The notes under the pieces were generated by a model. It saw only the letters and a list, made by a program, of their open reading frames with translations, had not been told where the DNA came from and ran no database searches. This document shows positions 18,811 through 29,009 of a stretch of DNA of 64,000 bases, in pieces. A program made the translations under genes and the position numbers. Position 1 is the stretch's first letter. Each line of letters begins with the position of its first letter. The stretch is from Candidatus Shapirobacteria bacterium (lineage in GTDB: Bacteria; Patescibacteriota; Microgenomatia; UBA12405): the NCBI GenBank assembly GCA_041658955.1, contig JBAZZE010000002.1, positions 12,505-76,504 on the forward strand. The letters run 5' to 3'.

Positions 18811-20754
18811 TTAGTTTAAAACGATATCGTTTCCAATTTTTAAATTTGTCACACTGTCAAACATTTGTAACTTTAATGTACAGTCATTGTCGACATTGCT
18901 GAACGTATTGTTGATTATAATGTAATTTTGATCATTTAAATGGTTTTCGTCAGTATTGAATAACCATGTTTCTGGAGAAAAAAATGTTTGCCCTTCTCGT
19001 ATTGGTATTTTTGCTAGAGTGCAACTAATTTTAAAAACGTATTCATCGTGAGGTGTGTAATCATTCTGACTGATTACAGCAGAAAACTGAACATATTTGC
19101 TGGTTTTGCTTAACGTATAGGATAAGACTGATATTTTATTATTAAAAGGTTTTGTGACATCAGATTGCGTCTTTTTAATAATTGGAAAAAATATTTTATA
19201 GATATTTATATTTTTACCTGTATTACTTATGAATGTTTTTTGAAGTGAATAAGGAATGGCGCTATTTTCAATTAGTTTGTTAAAACTAGTAAATATTTCT
19301 AAATCCCGACTGTTCGAAATTTCGTCAGATATTATTATGTAATCAGGATCGATTACTTTAATTCTTGACAGAATATCATCGGTCGAATTTCTATTTAATA
19401 CTGGTCCGGTAAAATAAATATTCTCATTGGGGTGAGTTTTGGCAAGCAGATAAGAATAATTGTTATGGTTTATCTGGCTTTTACTATCAAGTACAAGGCT
19501 ATATCTTGAGTATTTTGGTTGTCCAGAAATATAATCAATAATTTCCTGAGTTTTCCAGTTGTTTTGGCTTGGGGAATATAAATGACTTGATGAATCTGTT
19601 TTTATTTTGTTAAAAAAAGATAGGTTAAATAGTTGGTATATTGGAAAAATAAATAATAATATCCAAAAAATATTTTGATGTTTCTTTTTAAACTTATATT
19701 CATTTATTAACAATGATATCTGTATTGCTAACACAGGTAAAATTGGTTGAATGTATCTAATTTCCTTGTTCACTCCGAATGTTAAAAGTAATGCCGGAAA
19801 TAAAAACCATGAAAATAAAAATAAAAAGATGTTCAGTTTTTCCCTGTTTAAGTTTTTAAAACTGAATAAGCTTGCGATTAGTAGAATAGAGTAATATACC
19901 GAGATCCCATTTCTTGAGATACTTTTGAAATAATTTAGAACCGTTGATAATGAATATACATTTGTTGATCCATAATCTTTGGCAATTTCACCATAAGATG
20001 TTGAAATTGCAAACTTTGAGATAGTATTAAAATTTGGATAATACCAAGTAGACGATACAACAATAAAAATAAATATTGCGACTGAAATATTTATTATTAT
20101 TTTTTCTAATGGGACATTTTTTTTGGTAATTTCTTTTATGAAAATATAAACACTTGGAACTAATACATACATTGGAAAGTTCACTTTGGTAAGTAGTCCT
20201 AATGCAGCAACTATACCTAGAGAGATGCAATTACGGATTGAGTGAAACACATTGTCTTTGAGCAATATCTGCAAAAAGATAACGACAAGTAATGTAAGTA
20301 AGTACTCAACATAGAATTGTCTATTCAATGCATAAAATAGAGGCATAGTTTGAGTAATAAATACCGAAATTAATGCTACTTTTATATTTACTAATTTTCT
20401 AACTAATAAAAATAAATAATAGTTAAGTAACAATAATGAGACCCAATTTACTATCATAGCAGCGTTCTCTTTTGGTCCTAATATAAGGTAAAAAGGTAGT
20501 GGTAGTAAGCTTAATAATGGTGCTTTTTGACCACTAAAAGCATTAACGTAGCTTTTTGAGAGTCCACTCAACCCTTCAGATTTATAGCTGTTGTATATAT
20601 GTATTGAGTTTTCTAGATACCAAGATTGATCATACGATGGAAGCGCGGTATCTCTTTTTGTCCAATAAATGTTAATCGCAACTAATAAAATAGAAAAAAG
20701 GGCTAGAAATATATACTCTATCCTCACTTTTTTCAGTAAAGTTAAGGAAATCAT
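18811..20754 (-). CDS. Large polytopic membrane protein, GT-C-fold glycosyltransferase-like with a C-terminal extracytoplasmic domain
   Basis: 647 aa. The N-terminal ~400 aa has at least 10 TM helices with a first-loop acidic motif (SYDQSWYLEN). The C-terminal ~200 aa is soluble. The gene is very AT-rich. Confidence 0.45.
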   Translation of the reverse strand: MISLTLLKKVRIEYIFLALFSILLVAINIYWTKRDTALPSYDQSWYLENSIHIYNSYKSEGLSGLSKSYVNAFSGQKAPLLSLLPLPFYLILGPKENAAMIVNWVSLLLLNYYLFLLVRKLVNIKVALISVFITQTMPLFYALNRQFYVEYLLTLLVVIFLQILLKDNVFHSIRNCISLGIVAALGLLTKVNFPMYVLVPSVYIFIKEITKKNVPLEKIIINISVAIFIFIVVSSTWYYPNFNTISKFAISTSYGEIAKDYGSTNVYSLSTVLNYFKSISRNGISVYYSILLIASLFSFKNLNREKLNIFLFLFSWFLFPALLLTFGVNKEIRYIQPILPVLAIQISLLINEYKFKKKHQNIFWILLFIFPIYQLFNLSFFNKIKTDSSSHLYSPSQNNWKTQEIIDYISGQPKYSRYSLVLDSKSQINHNNYSYLLAKTHPNENIYFTGPVLNRNSTDDILSRIKVIDPDYIIISDEISNSRDLEIFTSFNKLIENSAIPYSLQKTFISNTGKNINIYKIFFPIIKKTQSDVTKPFNNKISVLSYTLSKTSKYVQFSAVISQNDYTPHDEYVFKISCTLAKIPIREGQTFFSPETWLFNTDENHLNDQNYIIINNTFSNVDNDCTLKLQMFDSVTNLKIGNDIVLN

Positions 20755-23732
20755 TTGAACAAGGTTAAATATTTATCAAGATTTTTGGAATCATCGAGAT
20801 ATTTGTGAGAATATTTTAAGCAATTATCGGCTATTTTTTTATAGAGTTTCTTTGAATTAGACAAAAGACTAATTTTGCCTGCAAATTCATCAATGTTTTC
20901 GGACTCACACAAGTAACCATTACTTCCGTTTGTGATTATTGTAGGTAATCCACCGACTGATGAAGAAATTACCGGCTTCCCCATGGAGAGTGCTTCTAAA
21001 ACAGTATTGGGTCTTCCGTCTACTCTGGATGTTAGGACAAGGACATCGCTTGCATTCAAGAAAGCTCCCGGATGCACCATTCCTGTAAGTAATATTTTGT
21101 TATTGAGCTTTAACTTGTCAATTAAGTCTTGGCATTTTGCAAATTCTGGTCCTGGTCCTGCTAGTACAAAAAAAAGTTTTTTGTTTGATCTAAGTTTATC
21201 TGCTATTTTAATAAATATATCTGGACCTTTTTCTTCTGAAAGTCTTCCTATAAATGAAACAATAAACTTATTATGTGGCAGACCAATAGGCCATTCAGAC
21301 ATTGTTTTCCATCTTTCAATTTCGGTTAAGTCTACACCGTTTTGAATAAGAGTTACATTGCTAGAGGTTTCATTATAGACTTGGACTAATTCGTTATAAA
21401 CGTTTTCATTTTCAGCGATAGTATGATCAATGTATTTGGAATATTTGCGATTGCTGGTAAAGTGAACATCGGTGTTGAATTGTTGGTCAAAGATTTTTAT
21501 GTGAGGAAAATCGACTTTTAATTTCGGGAGAATTTCATAAAAGTATTTACTACCACCCAAAAAAATGGTTCCTATACCCCGTGTTTTTATGAGATATAAA
21601 ACAAACTCATAGTACTCCTTCTCATTTGTGTAGATATTGGGAAGATTGAACAAGTCTTTAGATATGTTGGAATATTCCTTTGACGTGTCTATAAGTAGTT
21701 CGTCAGCCTTAAGGGATGTGACAAATGATATATGAAAATTATTTTTGACAAGTTTTTTTGAAATTGCCCTGAATCTTTTATCAGCACCGCCAACTATGGT
21801 GTAAGGTAGTGCAAAAAGTATGTTTCTTTTGTTAAATTGTGTTTTTTTTGAACCGGCCATATTCTCAAGTGGATTGGTTGCAATGTATCTATCATTACGT
21901 TTGTAAAATTTAATTGAAGCTGTTTCGTTGGTATACAAATCTTTGTGAATTTCTTTTATAGTTTTGTAGAGTAAGTCGTTATTTTTTCTTGCATTATCAA
22001 TCATTGAAACACCATGTTTTCTATATAAGAATAATGGCTCTTCGACAACAGAACCCATTCCACCATTTTTGGCTATGTTTATCCAGAATTCCCAGTCTTC
22101 ATATCCCATTTTTTCCATTTTTGTCGAATAACCTCCGACTTTTTCCCATATTGATTTTGTAAATACTGAAGAAACTATTTGGCTATTGGATTTCATTATT
22201 ACTGCCAAGTCTAGTGGCTGTGTTTTCCAAATAAAGGAACCTCCTTCAAATTCTTGTAACCATGAACCGCAAACGTCAAGCTTATTTGTTTCAAGGAGTA
22301 ATAAAGTTTTTTCTAGGTAAGTAGGAGCGATCATGTCGTCTGCGTCTAAGCAACAAATATATTTACCTTTAGCTACCTTTGTGCCATTATTTCTAGCCGT
22401 GGGTAATCGGCTATTGACTTGGTGAATTACTTTTATTTTTGGATTATTTATTTCTGAAAGAACTTTTTTTGTAAATTCATCAGTCGATCCATCATTTACT
22501 ACAATAATTTCAAAGTTTTGAAAAGTTTGTGACAATACTGAATCAATTGCATTGTTCAAATATTTTCCGTAGTTGAAACACGGGATAATTATACTAACTA
22601 ATGGTTTATCGTCTGGCCATTTTTCAAGTGTAAATTTAACTGGATGATATTTTATTTCGGTAACTAAATTCTTGATCTTTTTTTTGATATTCTTTAGTTT
22701 ATTTTTTATTCTTGAAACTATATTAGTCCTATTCGGGATAATTTTATCCAGAACACTTAACCTAATAAACATTATTATTTTCCATGAAAGGGAATTTTTT
22801 ATTTTTAAAATCTCATTATTTAAAATAAAGACATTTTTTTCATGTTGGTCAATTATTTTACTTTTCTCTTCCAAGATATTTGTGTATTTTATTTCTAATT
22901 CAGAAAGTGATCTGTTTTTGTGTAAACTATTTTTTTGTGTTGCTTTTAATTTTTCACCAAGTTCTTTAATTAGGCTCCTGGAATATATTAAATCAACCTC
23001 TTTACTAAGTATTATGTCTAAATATTTTTGACCTAAAAGTTTTTTATGTTTATTTAAAATATCTGACATGATGGATATTCTATTTGAGTCAGAGTTTTTC
23101 AACATAGAGCCTTTTCGATCTCGATAAAAGAATAGGACTTCCGGTATAACAATAGAGGTGTAACCTTTAGAAATTATTGAAATCCAAAAGTCCCAATCTT
23201 GGTAGCCAGATAATTTTGTATTGTACCCATCTACATCCTCCCAACATTTTTTTCTGAACAAAGAACTTACTGTAAGTGTATTTTTTACAAGACAATTTTC
23301 AAGTGTCATTTCCTCAGTTTCCCATATATAGTTGCTAGATTCGAAGACTTTTGCCCAACAAGAAACTATACCTATTTTGTTGCTAGTTTTGATTTTATTT
23401 ACTAGTTTCTTTATATAATTTTTATCTACGTAATCATCAGCATCGATACATGCGATATATTTCCCATTTGCTAACTTTATAGCATTATTTCTGGTGGCGG
23501 CCAGTCCTTGGTTTGTTTGGTCAATAAATATAATTTTGTCCTTATAATTTGCTTTTAGTTTTGTTAATTCTTTCAGAGAATAAGTATCGTCAGATCCGTC
23601 GTTAACAAGAATAATTTCAATGTTTTTGTAGCTTTGGTTAAGACAACTTGTAATACATGTCTCAACATATTTACCTAAATTAAAGTAAGGAATTACAATT
23701 GTTACTAAAGAGTTCGATTTGTTTTGGATCAC
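20751..23732 (-). CDS. Tri-domain glycosyltransferase: GT2, coiled-coil, GT2, GT4 (candidate glycan polymerase with a coiled-coil spacer)
   Basis: 993 aa. The first GT2 domain has VTIVIPYFNLGKYV...ILVNDGSDD...CIDADD. A ~100-aa heptad-rich charged linker follows (LKATQKNSLHKNRSLSELEIKYTNILEEKSKIIDQHEKN...KNKLKNIKKKIKNLVTEIK). The second GT2 domain has VSIIIPCFNYGKYL...IVVNDGSTD...CLDADD. The C-terminal GT-B domain has GRLSEEKGPD...LEALSMGKPVISSSVGGLPTII. Confidence 0.75.
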   Translation of the reverse strand: MIQNKSNSLVTIVIPYFNLGKYVETCITSCLNQSYKNIEIILVNDGSDDTYSLKELTKLKANYKDKIIFIDQTNQGLAATRNNAIKLANGKYIACIDADDYVDKNYIKKLVNKIKTSNKIGIVSCWAKVFESSNYIWETEEMTLENCLVKNTLTVSSLFRKKCWEDVDGYNTKLSGYQDWDFWISIISKGYTSIVIPEVLFFYRDRKGSMLKNSDSNRISIMSDILNKHKKLLGQKYLDIILSKEVDLIYSRSLIKELGEKLKATQKNSLHKNRSLSELEIKYTNILEEKSKIIDQHEKNVFILNNEILKIKNSLSWKIIMFIRLSVLDKIIPNRTNIVSRIKNKLKNIKKKIKNLVTEIKYHPVKFTLEKWPDDKPLVSIIIPCFNYGKYLNNAIDSVLSQTFQNFEIIVVNDGSTDEFTKKVLSEINNPKIKVIHQVNSRLPTARNNGTKVAKGKYICCLDADDMIAPTYLEKTLLLLETNKLDVCGSWLQEFEGGSFIWKTQPLDLAVIMKSNSQIVSSVFTKSIWEKVGGYSTKMEKMGYEDWEFWINIAKNGGMGSVVEEPLFLYRKHGVSMIDNARKNNDLLYKTIKEIHKDLYTNETASIKFYKRNDRYIATNPLENMAGSKKTQFNKRNILFALPYTIVGGADKRFRAISKKLVKNNFHISFVTSLKADELLIDTSKEYSNISKDLFNLPNIYTNEKEYYEFVLYLIKTRGIGTIFLGGSKYFYEILPKLKVDFPHIKIFDQQFNTDVHFTSNRKYSKYIDHTIAENENVYNELVQVYNETSSNVTLIQNGVDLTEIERWKTMSEWPIGLPHNKFIVSFIGRLSEEKGPDIFIKIADKLRSNKKLFFVLAGPGPEFAKCQDLIDKLKLNNKILLTGMVHPGAFLNASDVLVLTSRVDGRPNTVLEALSMGKPVISSSVGGLPTIITNGSNGYLCESENIDEFAGKISLLSNSKKLYKKIADNCLKYSHKYLDDSKNLDKYLTLFK

Positions 23733-24355
23733 TTGCGTTTGAATATTTGAATGTTATCTATGTACCAGTATTGAATGCCGTTTATTTGTTTCATTTTGTC
23801 TTTTAAATTTAGTGTTAGTTTTTTGTCATAATGAAAGCCTTTGTTTTTGAACTTTTGCTCCCACCACTTTTTTGATTTTAAATTGACATGATCATGTCCA
23901 GTTTGACCTGGTGTAGCAGCTGTAAATATAATTGTGTCACTAGATTCCGTAAGACTTTGGATTAAGTTTGTAGAAAACTTTTCTTCAACATGCTCTGCAA
24001 CTTCTAAGCATAAACATAAATCAAATTTTGATGTACTATGGTAAACATTTCTTAAGTCAAAAATTTTAAAATTCTTGGAGTTTATTTTTCTGTACTTGAA
24101 ATTTGATTTACTACCATCAATACCTAAAATTTTTATATTGTGTTTTTCAAAAGGCTTGATTATATCCCCAGTCCCGCATCCAAAATCAATTACCGAATTT
24201 GGATCTATTTGTTTAATGATAAGTAGCGCGAATTTATCTACCCAGTTTTTATCTCTTAATTCTGATGTGGCAAATTTATCATCATAAATTATGTTTAGAT
24301 CTAGTTTTAAATATTTTAAAATTCGTATGATAAACGTGTTTATTTTGTTGTACAT
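23729..24355 (-). CDS. Class I SAM-dependent methyltransferase
   Basis: Motif I is VIDFGCGTGDIIKPF and motif II-like is DLCLCLEVAEHV. The track ORF extends to 24439, but the start at Met29 (24355) avoids a 77-nt same-strand overlap with the upstream GT4, so I prefer the shorter start. Confidence 0.65.
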   Translation of the reverse strand: MYNKINTFIIRILKYLKLDLNIIYDDKFATSELRDKNWVDKFALLIIKQIDPNSVIDFGCGTGDIIKPFEKHNIKILGIDGSKSNFKYRKINSKNFKIFDLRNVYHSTSKFDLCLCLEVAEHVEEKFSTNLIQSLTESSDTIIFTAATPGQTGHDHVNLKSKKWWEQKFKNKGFHYDKKLTLNLKDKMKQINGIQYWYIDNIQIFKRK

Positions 24356-24362
24356 ATATGAT

Positions 24363-25508
24363 CTATGGGATTTGTAGTATTTTATCAAGAAAAGTAATAG
24401 ATTTATCCCAAGAATAATTTTTAGTGGTCTTCGCTCCATTTTTCACCAATCTTGAAAAAAGTGAATTGTCTCTTATCAATTTTTGTATTTTTTTAATTGT
24501 GTTTTCTATTTCTCCAGCATTAGTTACAAGTGCATTTTTTCCGTCGACAATATATTCATCATAGCCTGTTACTTTGGCAACTATTGGTACACCTCCACAA
24601 GCCATCATCTCAAGTGGAGGGCCAAAAAATCCTTCTACTGTAGAGAGCTTTAATAGTATGTCGCACGAAGAATAGATGTGACGCATCTGATCCATTGGAA
24701 CTCTTTCGAAAAAACGATCACAATGCCACTCTGGTTTTGGTTGTCCATCATAGGAGACACACCAGACTTCACAGTCAATATCTTTAATTACTTTGAATGC
24801 TTCTTCCATACCTTTGAATGGCAAATTTATGGCACCTTCAAGTAAAATACGTTTTTTATTTTTTGGTTTTGTTTCTAGTGGGGTATCTGGATAAAAAATA
24901 TCAGTATTTATCCCGTTTGGGACATAGTAAGATTCTTTGCCAAAATTGTCTTTGAGAAATATTTGGAGCCACTTGGCTATGGCAATAAATTCGAACGGGA
25001 AAGTGTAGGTGCGACGCACACGTTCTTTCAGATAACTTCCTGTAGGATAAAAACGGGTTTCGTCTGATTGAACTAAATATATTTTTCTTTTAACGTTAAG
25101 GAGTAAGACTTCATAGGCCGTGATCCAGCCGGTGGCGACTACCGTCTGGTAAGTTTCGATGAGTGTTTTGTTGCCCTGAAGTGGAACTACTTTAACCTCT
25201 TGCCCTGGAAACCAGGATAAATCAGACTTGTTGTCATGGCTGGCAATAAGAGTATTGTAACCAAGTTTTTGTAATCTATTAAGATGTTCACAAACTACAG
25301 CAACTCCACCGGTGATATTAGTTGTGGGAATAATGTAGCAGATGGATTTTGGAATAGTTTTTGTTTCTTTCTTTTTGGAAAATTTTGAAGATAGATATCG
25401 TAATAAAAATATAATGTCTTCTAAAACATATTGAGGATTTCTTATCTGAGTGCGAATTATTTCTGGAACTAGTTTTCTATATAGATTCATTTGTCTTATA
25501 CCACTCAA
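24363..25508 (-). CDS. GT4 family glycosyltransferase
   Basis: 381 aa with a GT-B C-terminal domain (LSTVEGFFGPPLEMMACGGVPIVAKVTGYDEYI). Confidence 0.75.
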   Translation of the reverse strand: MSGIRQMNLYRKLVPEIIRTQIRNPQYVLEDIIFLLRYLSSKFSKKKETKTIPKSICYIIPTTNITGGVAVVCEHLNRLQKLGYNTLIASHDNKSDLSWFPGQEVKVVPLQGNKTLIETYQTVVATGWITAYEVLLLNVKRKIYLVQSDETRFYPTGSYLKERVRRTYTFPFEFIAIAKWLQIFLKDNFGKESYYVPNGINTDIFYPDTPLETKPKNKKRILLEGAINLPFKGMEEAFKVIKDIDCEVWCVSYDGQPKPEWHCDRFFERVPMDQMRHIYSSCDILLKLSTVEGFFGPPLEMMACGGVPIVAKVTGYDEYIVDGKNALVTNAGEIENTIKKIQKLIRDNSLFSRLVKNGAKTTKNYSWDKSITFLDKILQIP

Positions 25509-26427
25509 TAGTATTTTTTAGTCCAGTTTTAAAATCAGTACTGGCTTTAAAACTGAATTCTTTTTCTGCTTTTGAGGTATCAAGACACCTGCGGGGCTGA
25601 CCATCTGGCTTTGTGCTGTCCCAGACAACCTTACCTTCGTAACCAACTATTTCATTGATTGTTTCGACTAATTCTTTGATAGTGATCTCCATTCCTGAAC
25701 CAAGATTGACAGGGTCAGAACCATTGTACTTATCTGTCGCCATGACAATAGCCTTGGCGGCATCTTCGACATATAAAAATTCACGACTGGCACTGCCGGT
25801 TCCCCAGACTTCCATGGTGGGACTACCGGAATCCTTGGCTTCTATGGACTTTTTGATGAGAGCTGGAATGACGTGTGAGGAACTGGGGTCAAAATTATCA
25901 CCCGGCCCATAGAGATTGACAGGGAGAAGATAAATAGCGTTAAAACCATATTGTTGGCGGTAGGCTTGGGCCTGGACCAGAAGCATTTTTTTGGCAAGAC
26001 CATAAGGGGCATTGGTTTCCTCGGGATATCCGATCCATAGGTCAGATTCTTTAAAGGGTACTTGGGTGAACTTGGGATAGGCGCAAACAGTGCCGATGGC
26101 CACAAATTTTTTGATGCCGGCTTTGCGTGATTCCTCCATGAGCTGAGTGCCCATGATGATGTTGTCATAATAAAGTTCACCTGGTTTTTCGCGGTTGAAA
26201 CCTATTCCGCCTACCTTGGCGGCCAGATGGATGACAGTATCGATCTCTTGTAACGATTTTTTAATTTGGGGAACGTCTGTAAAATCTACCTCAGCGTGAG
26301 TTGGGTAATAAATATTTTGAGGGCTTACTCCTGCATCAATTAATTGTTTTTTAACATTTTGGCCCAAGAAACCACTGCCTCCGGTCAGGAGAATTTTTTG
26401 ATCAAACATTATTAGTAGTCCGCCCAA
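25477..26427 (-). CDS. fcl: GDP-L-fucose synthase (GDP-4-keto-6-deoxy-D-mannose 3,5-epimerase/4-reductase)
   Basis: 316 aa. [15 protein letters not shown] and a catalytic YGLAKKM (YxxxK) motif, with full-length similarity to Fcl/WcaG. It lies immediately downstream of gmd. Confidence 0.9.
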   Translation of the reverse strand: MGGLLIMFDQKILLTGGSGFLGQNVKKQLIDAGVSPQNIYYPTHAEVDFTDVPQIKKSLQEIDTVIHLAAKVGGIGFNREKPGELYYDNIIMGTQLMEESRKAGIKKFVAIGTVCAYPKFTQVPFKESDLWIGYPEETNAPYGLAKKMLLVQAQAYRQQYGFNAIYLLPVNLYGPGDNFDPSSSHVIPALIKKSIEAKDSGSPTMEVWGTGSASREFLYVEDAAKAIVMATDKYNGSDPVNLGSGMEITIKELVETINEIVGYEGKVVWDSTKPDGQPRRCLDTSKAEKEFSFKASTDFKTGLKNTIEWYKTNESI

Positions 26428-27488
26428 CTATTAACCTTGGCTTCGTTTTCGAGGTCGAATTGAACCATGATGGACACTAATTCTTTAAAATTAATTTTAG
26501 GTTCCCATTTCAATAACTTTTTAGCTTTTGATGGGTTACCTAATAAAAGGTCGACTTCTGCAGGGCGAAAATATTTGGGATCAACTTCGACTAATATTTT
26601 TTTAGTTTTTTTATCATAACCTTTTTCATCGACACCTTTGCCTTTCCAGATAATATCGATACCAACTTCTTTGAACGCCAACTCGGTAAACTCACGAACA
26701 CTGTGAGTCTCACCTGTGGCGATGACAAAATCATCAGGTTTGGGTTGTTGAAGAATTAACCACATGGCTTCGACATAATCTTTGGCGTGTCCCCAGTCAC
26801 GCTTGGCATCGAGGTTGCCTAAATATAATTTATCTTGCAGACCTAGCTTGATATTGGCAACTGCTCTGGATATTTTCCTAGTTACAAATGTCTTACCCCT
26901 TCGAGGTGATTCATGGTTGAAGAGGGTACCATTGCTGGCATGAAGCCCATAACTTTCACGATAATTTTTGGTGATCCAGTAAGCAAAAACTTTGGCGCAA
27001 CCATAGGGGGAACGTGGGTAAAATGGAGTGGTTTCATTTTGGGGTATTTCGACTACCTTGCCATACATTTCACTCGATGAGGCTTGGTAATAACGAGAAT
27101 TAGGTGCGTAATTACGGATAGCTTCAAGAATGCGAAGTGCACCATTAGCGACAATATTGGCCGTATATTCGGGAATTTCAAAACTAACTTGGACATGGCT
27201 TTGGGCTCCAAGATTATAAATTTCGTCTGGCTGGATTTCACGAATTAGCTTATCGATAACGGTAGGTTCACTTAAATCACCATAATGCAAAAAGATATGT
27301 ACATCTTTATTGTGTGGATCGCGATAGATGTGGTCGATACGACTGGTGTTGAAATTACTAGATCTTCTGATAATTCCATGAACTTCATATCCTTTTCCTA
27401 ATAGCAATTCAGCAAGGTAGCTACCGTCTTGACCGGTAATTCCAGTGATAAGGGCTTTTTTGGTTTTATTGTTTTTGATCGTTTTCAT
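26412..27488 (-). CDS. gmd: GDP-mannose 4,6-dehydratase
   Basis: [45 protein letters not shown] is near-canonical Gmd. The track ORF starts at 27533, but Met16 (27488) gives a typical Gmd N-terminus and a smaller overlap with wzt. Confidence 0.9.
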   Translation of the reverse strand: MKTIKNNKTKKALITGITGQDGSYLAELLLGKGYEVHGIIRRSSNFNTSRIDHIYRDPHNKDVHIFLHYGDLSEPTVIDKLIREIQPDEIYNLGAQSHVQVSFEIPEYTANIVANGALRILEAIRNYAPNSRYYQASSSEMYGKVVEIPQNETTPFYPRSPYGCAKVFAYWITKNYRESYGLHASNGTLFNHESPRRGKTFVTRKISRAVANIKLGLQDKLYLGNLDAKRDWGHAKDYVEAMWLILQQPKPDDFVIATGETHSVREFTELAFKEVGIDIIWKGKGVDEKGYDKKTKKILVEVDPKYFRPAEVDLLLGNPSKAKKLLKWEPKINFKELVSIMVQFDLENEAKVNSWADY

Positions 27489-28206
27489 ATGTTTGGCAGA
27501 CTGTAGCGGTGTCTCCGATTTGTTGAAGTGCATGATGATTTATATAAATAGCACTGGTGCAAAAGGCTCTGACCTGCGGGAGTGAGTGAGAGACAAATAT
27601 AATGGTAACACCAGAATTTTTGAATTCTTCCATTTTGGAAAAACATTTGGCTTGAAAAGCGGTGTCGCCGACTGCTAGAATCTCGTCGACAATAAGAATT
27701 TCGGGATTGACATGAATGGCGATACTAAAGGCAAGGCGCATGTACATTCCAGAGCTGTAATGTTTGATGGGCTGGTCTATAAACTCGGTAAGTTCGGAAA
27801 AATCAAGAATACTTTGGAAATTATCATCGATTTGGCGACGGCTAAGTCCGAGTATGGCGCCATTAAGATAGACATTTTCTCGGCCGGTCAGTTCGGGATG
27901 CATGCCAGCGCCTAGTTCGATAAGGGGTGAGACTTTACCATGGACATGAATTTTACCCTTACTAGGACTCATGACACCGGCAATGAGTTTTAAAATAGTG
28001 GACTTACCGCTTCCATTGGGTCCGATAACGCCGACACACTCCCCTTTTTTGATTTCAAAACTGACATTACTAAAGACGGTAAATTTGTCGACTGTTTTTT
28101 CTCCGTAGATCAGAGCGGGAAGGAATTCTTTAAAAGTTTTCTGATTGTTGCGCGAGAAATCTTTGGTTACTTCATCGAATTTGATGGCTATATTATTTAT
28201 TTCCAT
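27466..28206 (-). CDS. wzt: ABC transporter ATP-binding protein, polysaccharide/teichoic acid export type (Wzt/TagH-like), short form without a C-terminal carbohydrate-binding domain
   Basis: 246 aa. Walker A is GPNGSGKST, the signature is [10 protein letters not shown], and Walker B is ILIVDE. It is paired with the ABC-2 permease just downstream. Confidence 0.85.
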   Translation of the reverse strand: MEINNIAIKFDEVTKDFSRNNQKTFKEFLPALIYGEKTVDKFTVFSNVSFEIKKGECVGVIGPNGSGKSTILKLIAGVMSPSKGKIHVHGKVSPLIELGAGMHPELTGRENVYLNGAILGLSRRQIDDNFQSILDFSELTEFIDQPIKHYSSGMYMRLAFSIAIHVNPEILIVDEILAVGDTAFQAKCFSKMEEFKNSGVTIIFVSHSLPQVRAFCTSAIYINHHALQQIGDTATVCQTYENDQKQ

Positions 28207-28208
28207 AG

Positions 28209-29009
28209 TTAGACGTTGTCGGCGAATATCTTTTCGCGGGACTTGAAATAAGCTAGTCCTGTTAAAAGTGTAAAAATTGAAAGTATAAGCGCTATCGTCA
28301 GAGACAAATAGTTTGGCTCCCCTCCACCAAGGATTGTTTGGCGATAAGCATTAATTATCACTGCCATTGGGTTGAGTTGAAAAAGAAACTTATATCTCTC
28401 AGGTACGATATCCGCAGGGTAAATTATTGGGGTTAAGTACATCCAAAGCATTAAGACAAGGTTTAGTAAAAACTGAATATCACGATATAGGAGGTTGGCG
28501 GCAGCAAAAAATAAAGACAGACCCAATGTGAAGATTTGTTGAATTATAAAAATAGGAATTACCCAAAGAATATTGACATTAATAGGAATCTGGTAGGCAA
28601 TCATGTAGAACACGAGGATAGATAGGGCAAAGAGAAAATCAATTATCTTGGCTATGGTTGTGGCTAGAACTAATATAGTTCTAGGAAAATAGATTTTGGT
28701 GATTAAAGAGGCTGAGCTTACTAACGAACTGCATGAAAAAGAAAGAGAGTTGGAAAAAAGTGTCCAAGGTAGTAGCCCGACGAAGAGAAACACTGAATAA
28801 GGAATGTGTGAAGAAGCATTGGTGGGAATGCGCATGATGACAGAGAAGGCAAAAGACATAACCAACATCTGGGCTAAAGGATTGAGAATAACCCAAAAGT
28901 AGCCAAGAACTGACTGCTTGTAACGGGCCTTGACCTCACGACCAACCATCTGCCACAGAAGCTCCCGCCATTTTACGACCGCATGGAGTTCTTTTAGTAG
29001 AGACATCAC
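28209..29009 (-). CDS. wzm: ABC-2 type polysaccharide export permease (Wzm/TagG-like)
   Basis: 266 aa with 6 TM helices. N-terminal RELLWQMVGREVKARYKQSVLGYFWVILNPL is the ABC-2/Wzm signature. Confidence 0.85.
   Translation of the reverse strand: MMSLLKELHAVVKWRELLWQMVGREVKARYKQSVLGYFWVILNPLAQMLVMSFAFSVIMRIPTNASSHIPYSVFLFVGLLPWTLFSNSLSFSCSSLVSSASLITKIYFPRTILVLATTIAKIIDFLFALSILVFYMIAYQIPINVNILWVIPIFIIQQIFTLGLSLFFAAANLLYRDIQFLLNLVLMLWMYLTPIIYPADIVPERYKFLFQLNPMAVIINAYRQTILGGGEPNYLSLTIALILSIFTLLTGLAYFKSREKIFADNV

Noticed and set aside
20932-21345. 137-aa + strand ORF inside the 993-aa polymerase gene, and similar 60-150 aa antisense ORFs at 7151, 8518, 15988, 25655, 29497, 36267, 43476, 45553 and elsewhere
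   Set aside because: All are embedded antisense in long, well-supported genes of an AT-rich genome, where stop-free antisense frames are common. There is no domain evidence for any of them.
26412-27533. Long N-terminal extension of gmd ([15 protein letters not shown]...) as an annotated part of the protein
   Set aside because: The extension has no counterpart in Gmd and would create a 68-nt overlap with wzt. The internal Met (27488) gives a canonical N-terminus, so the extension is treated as an ORF-calling artefact.
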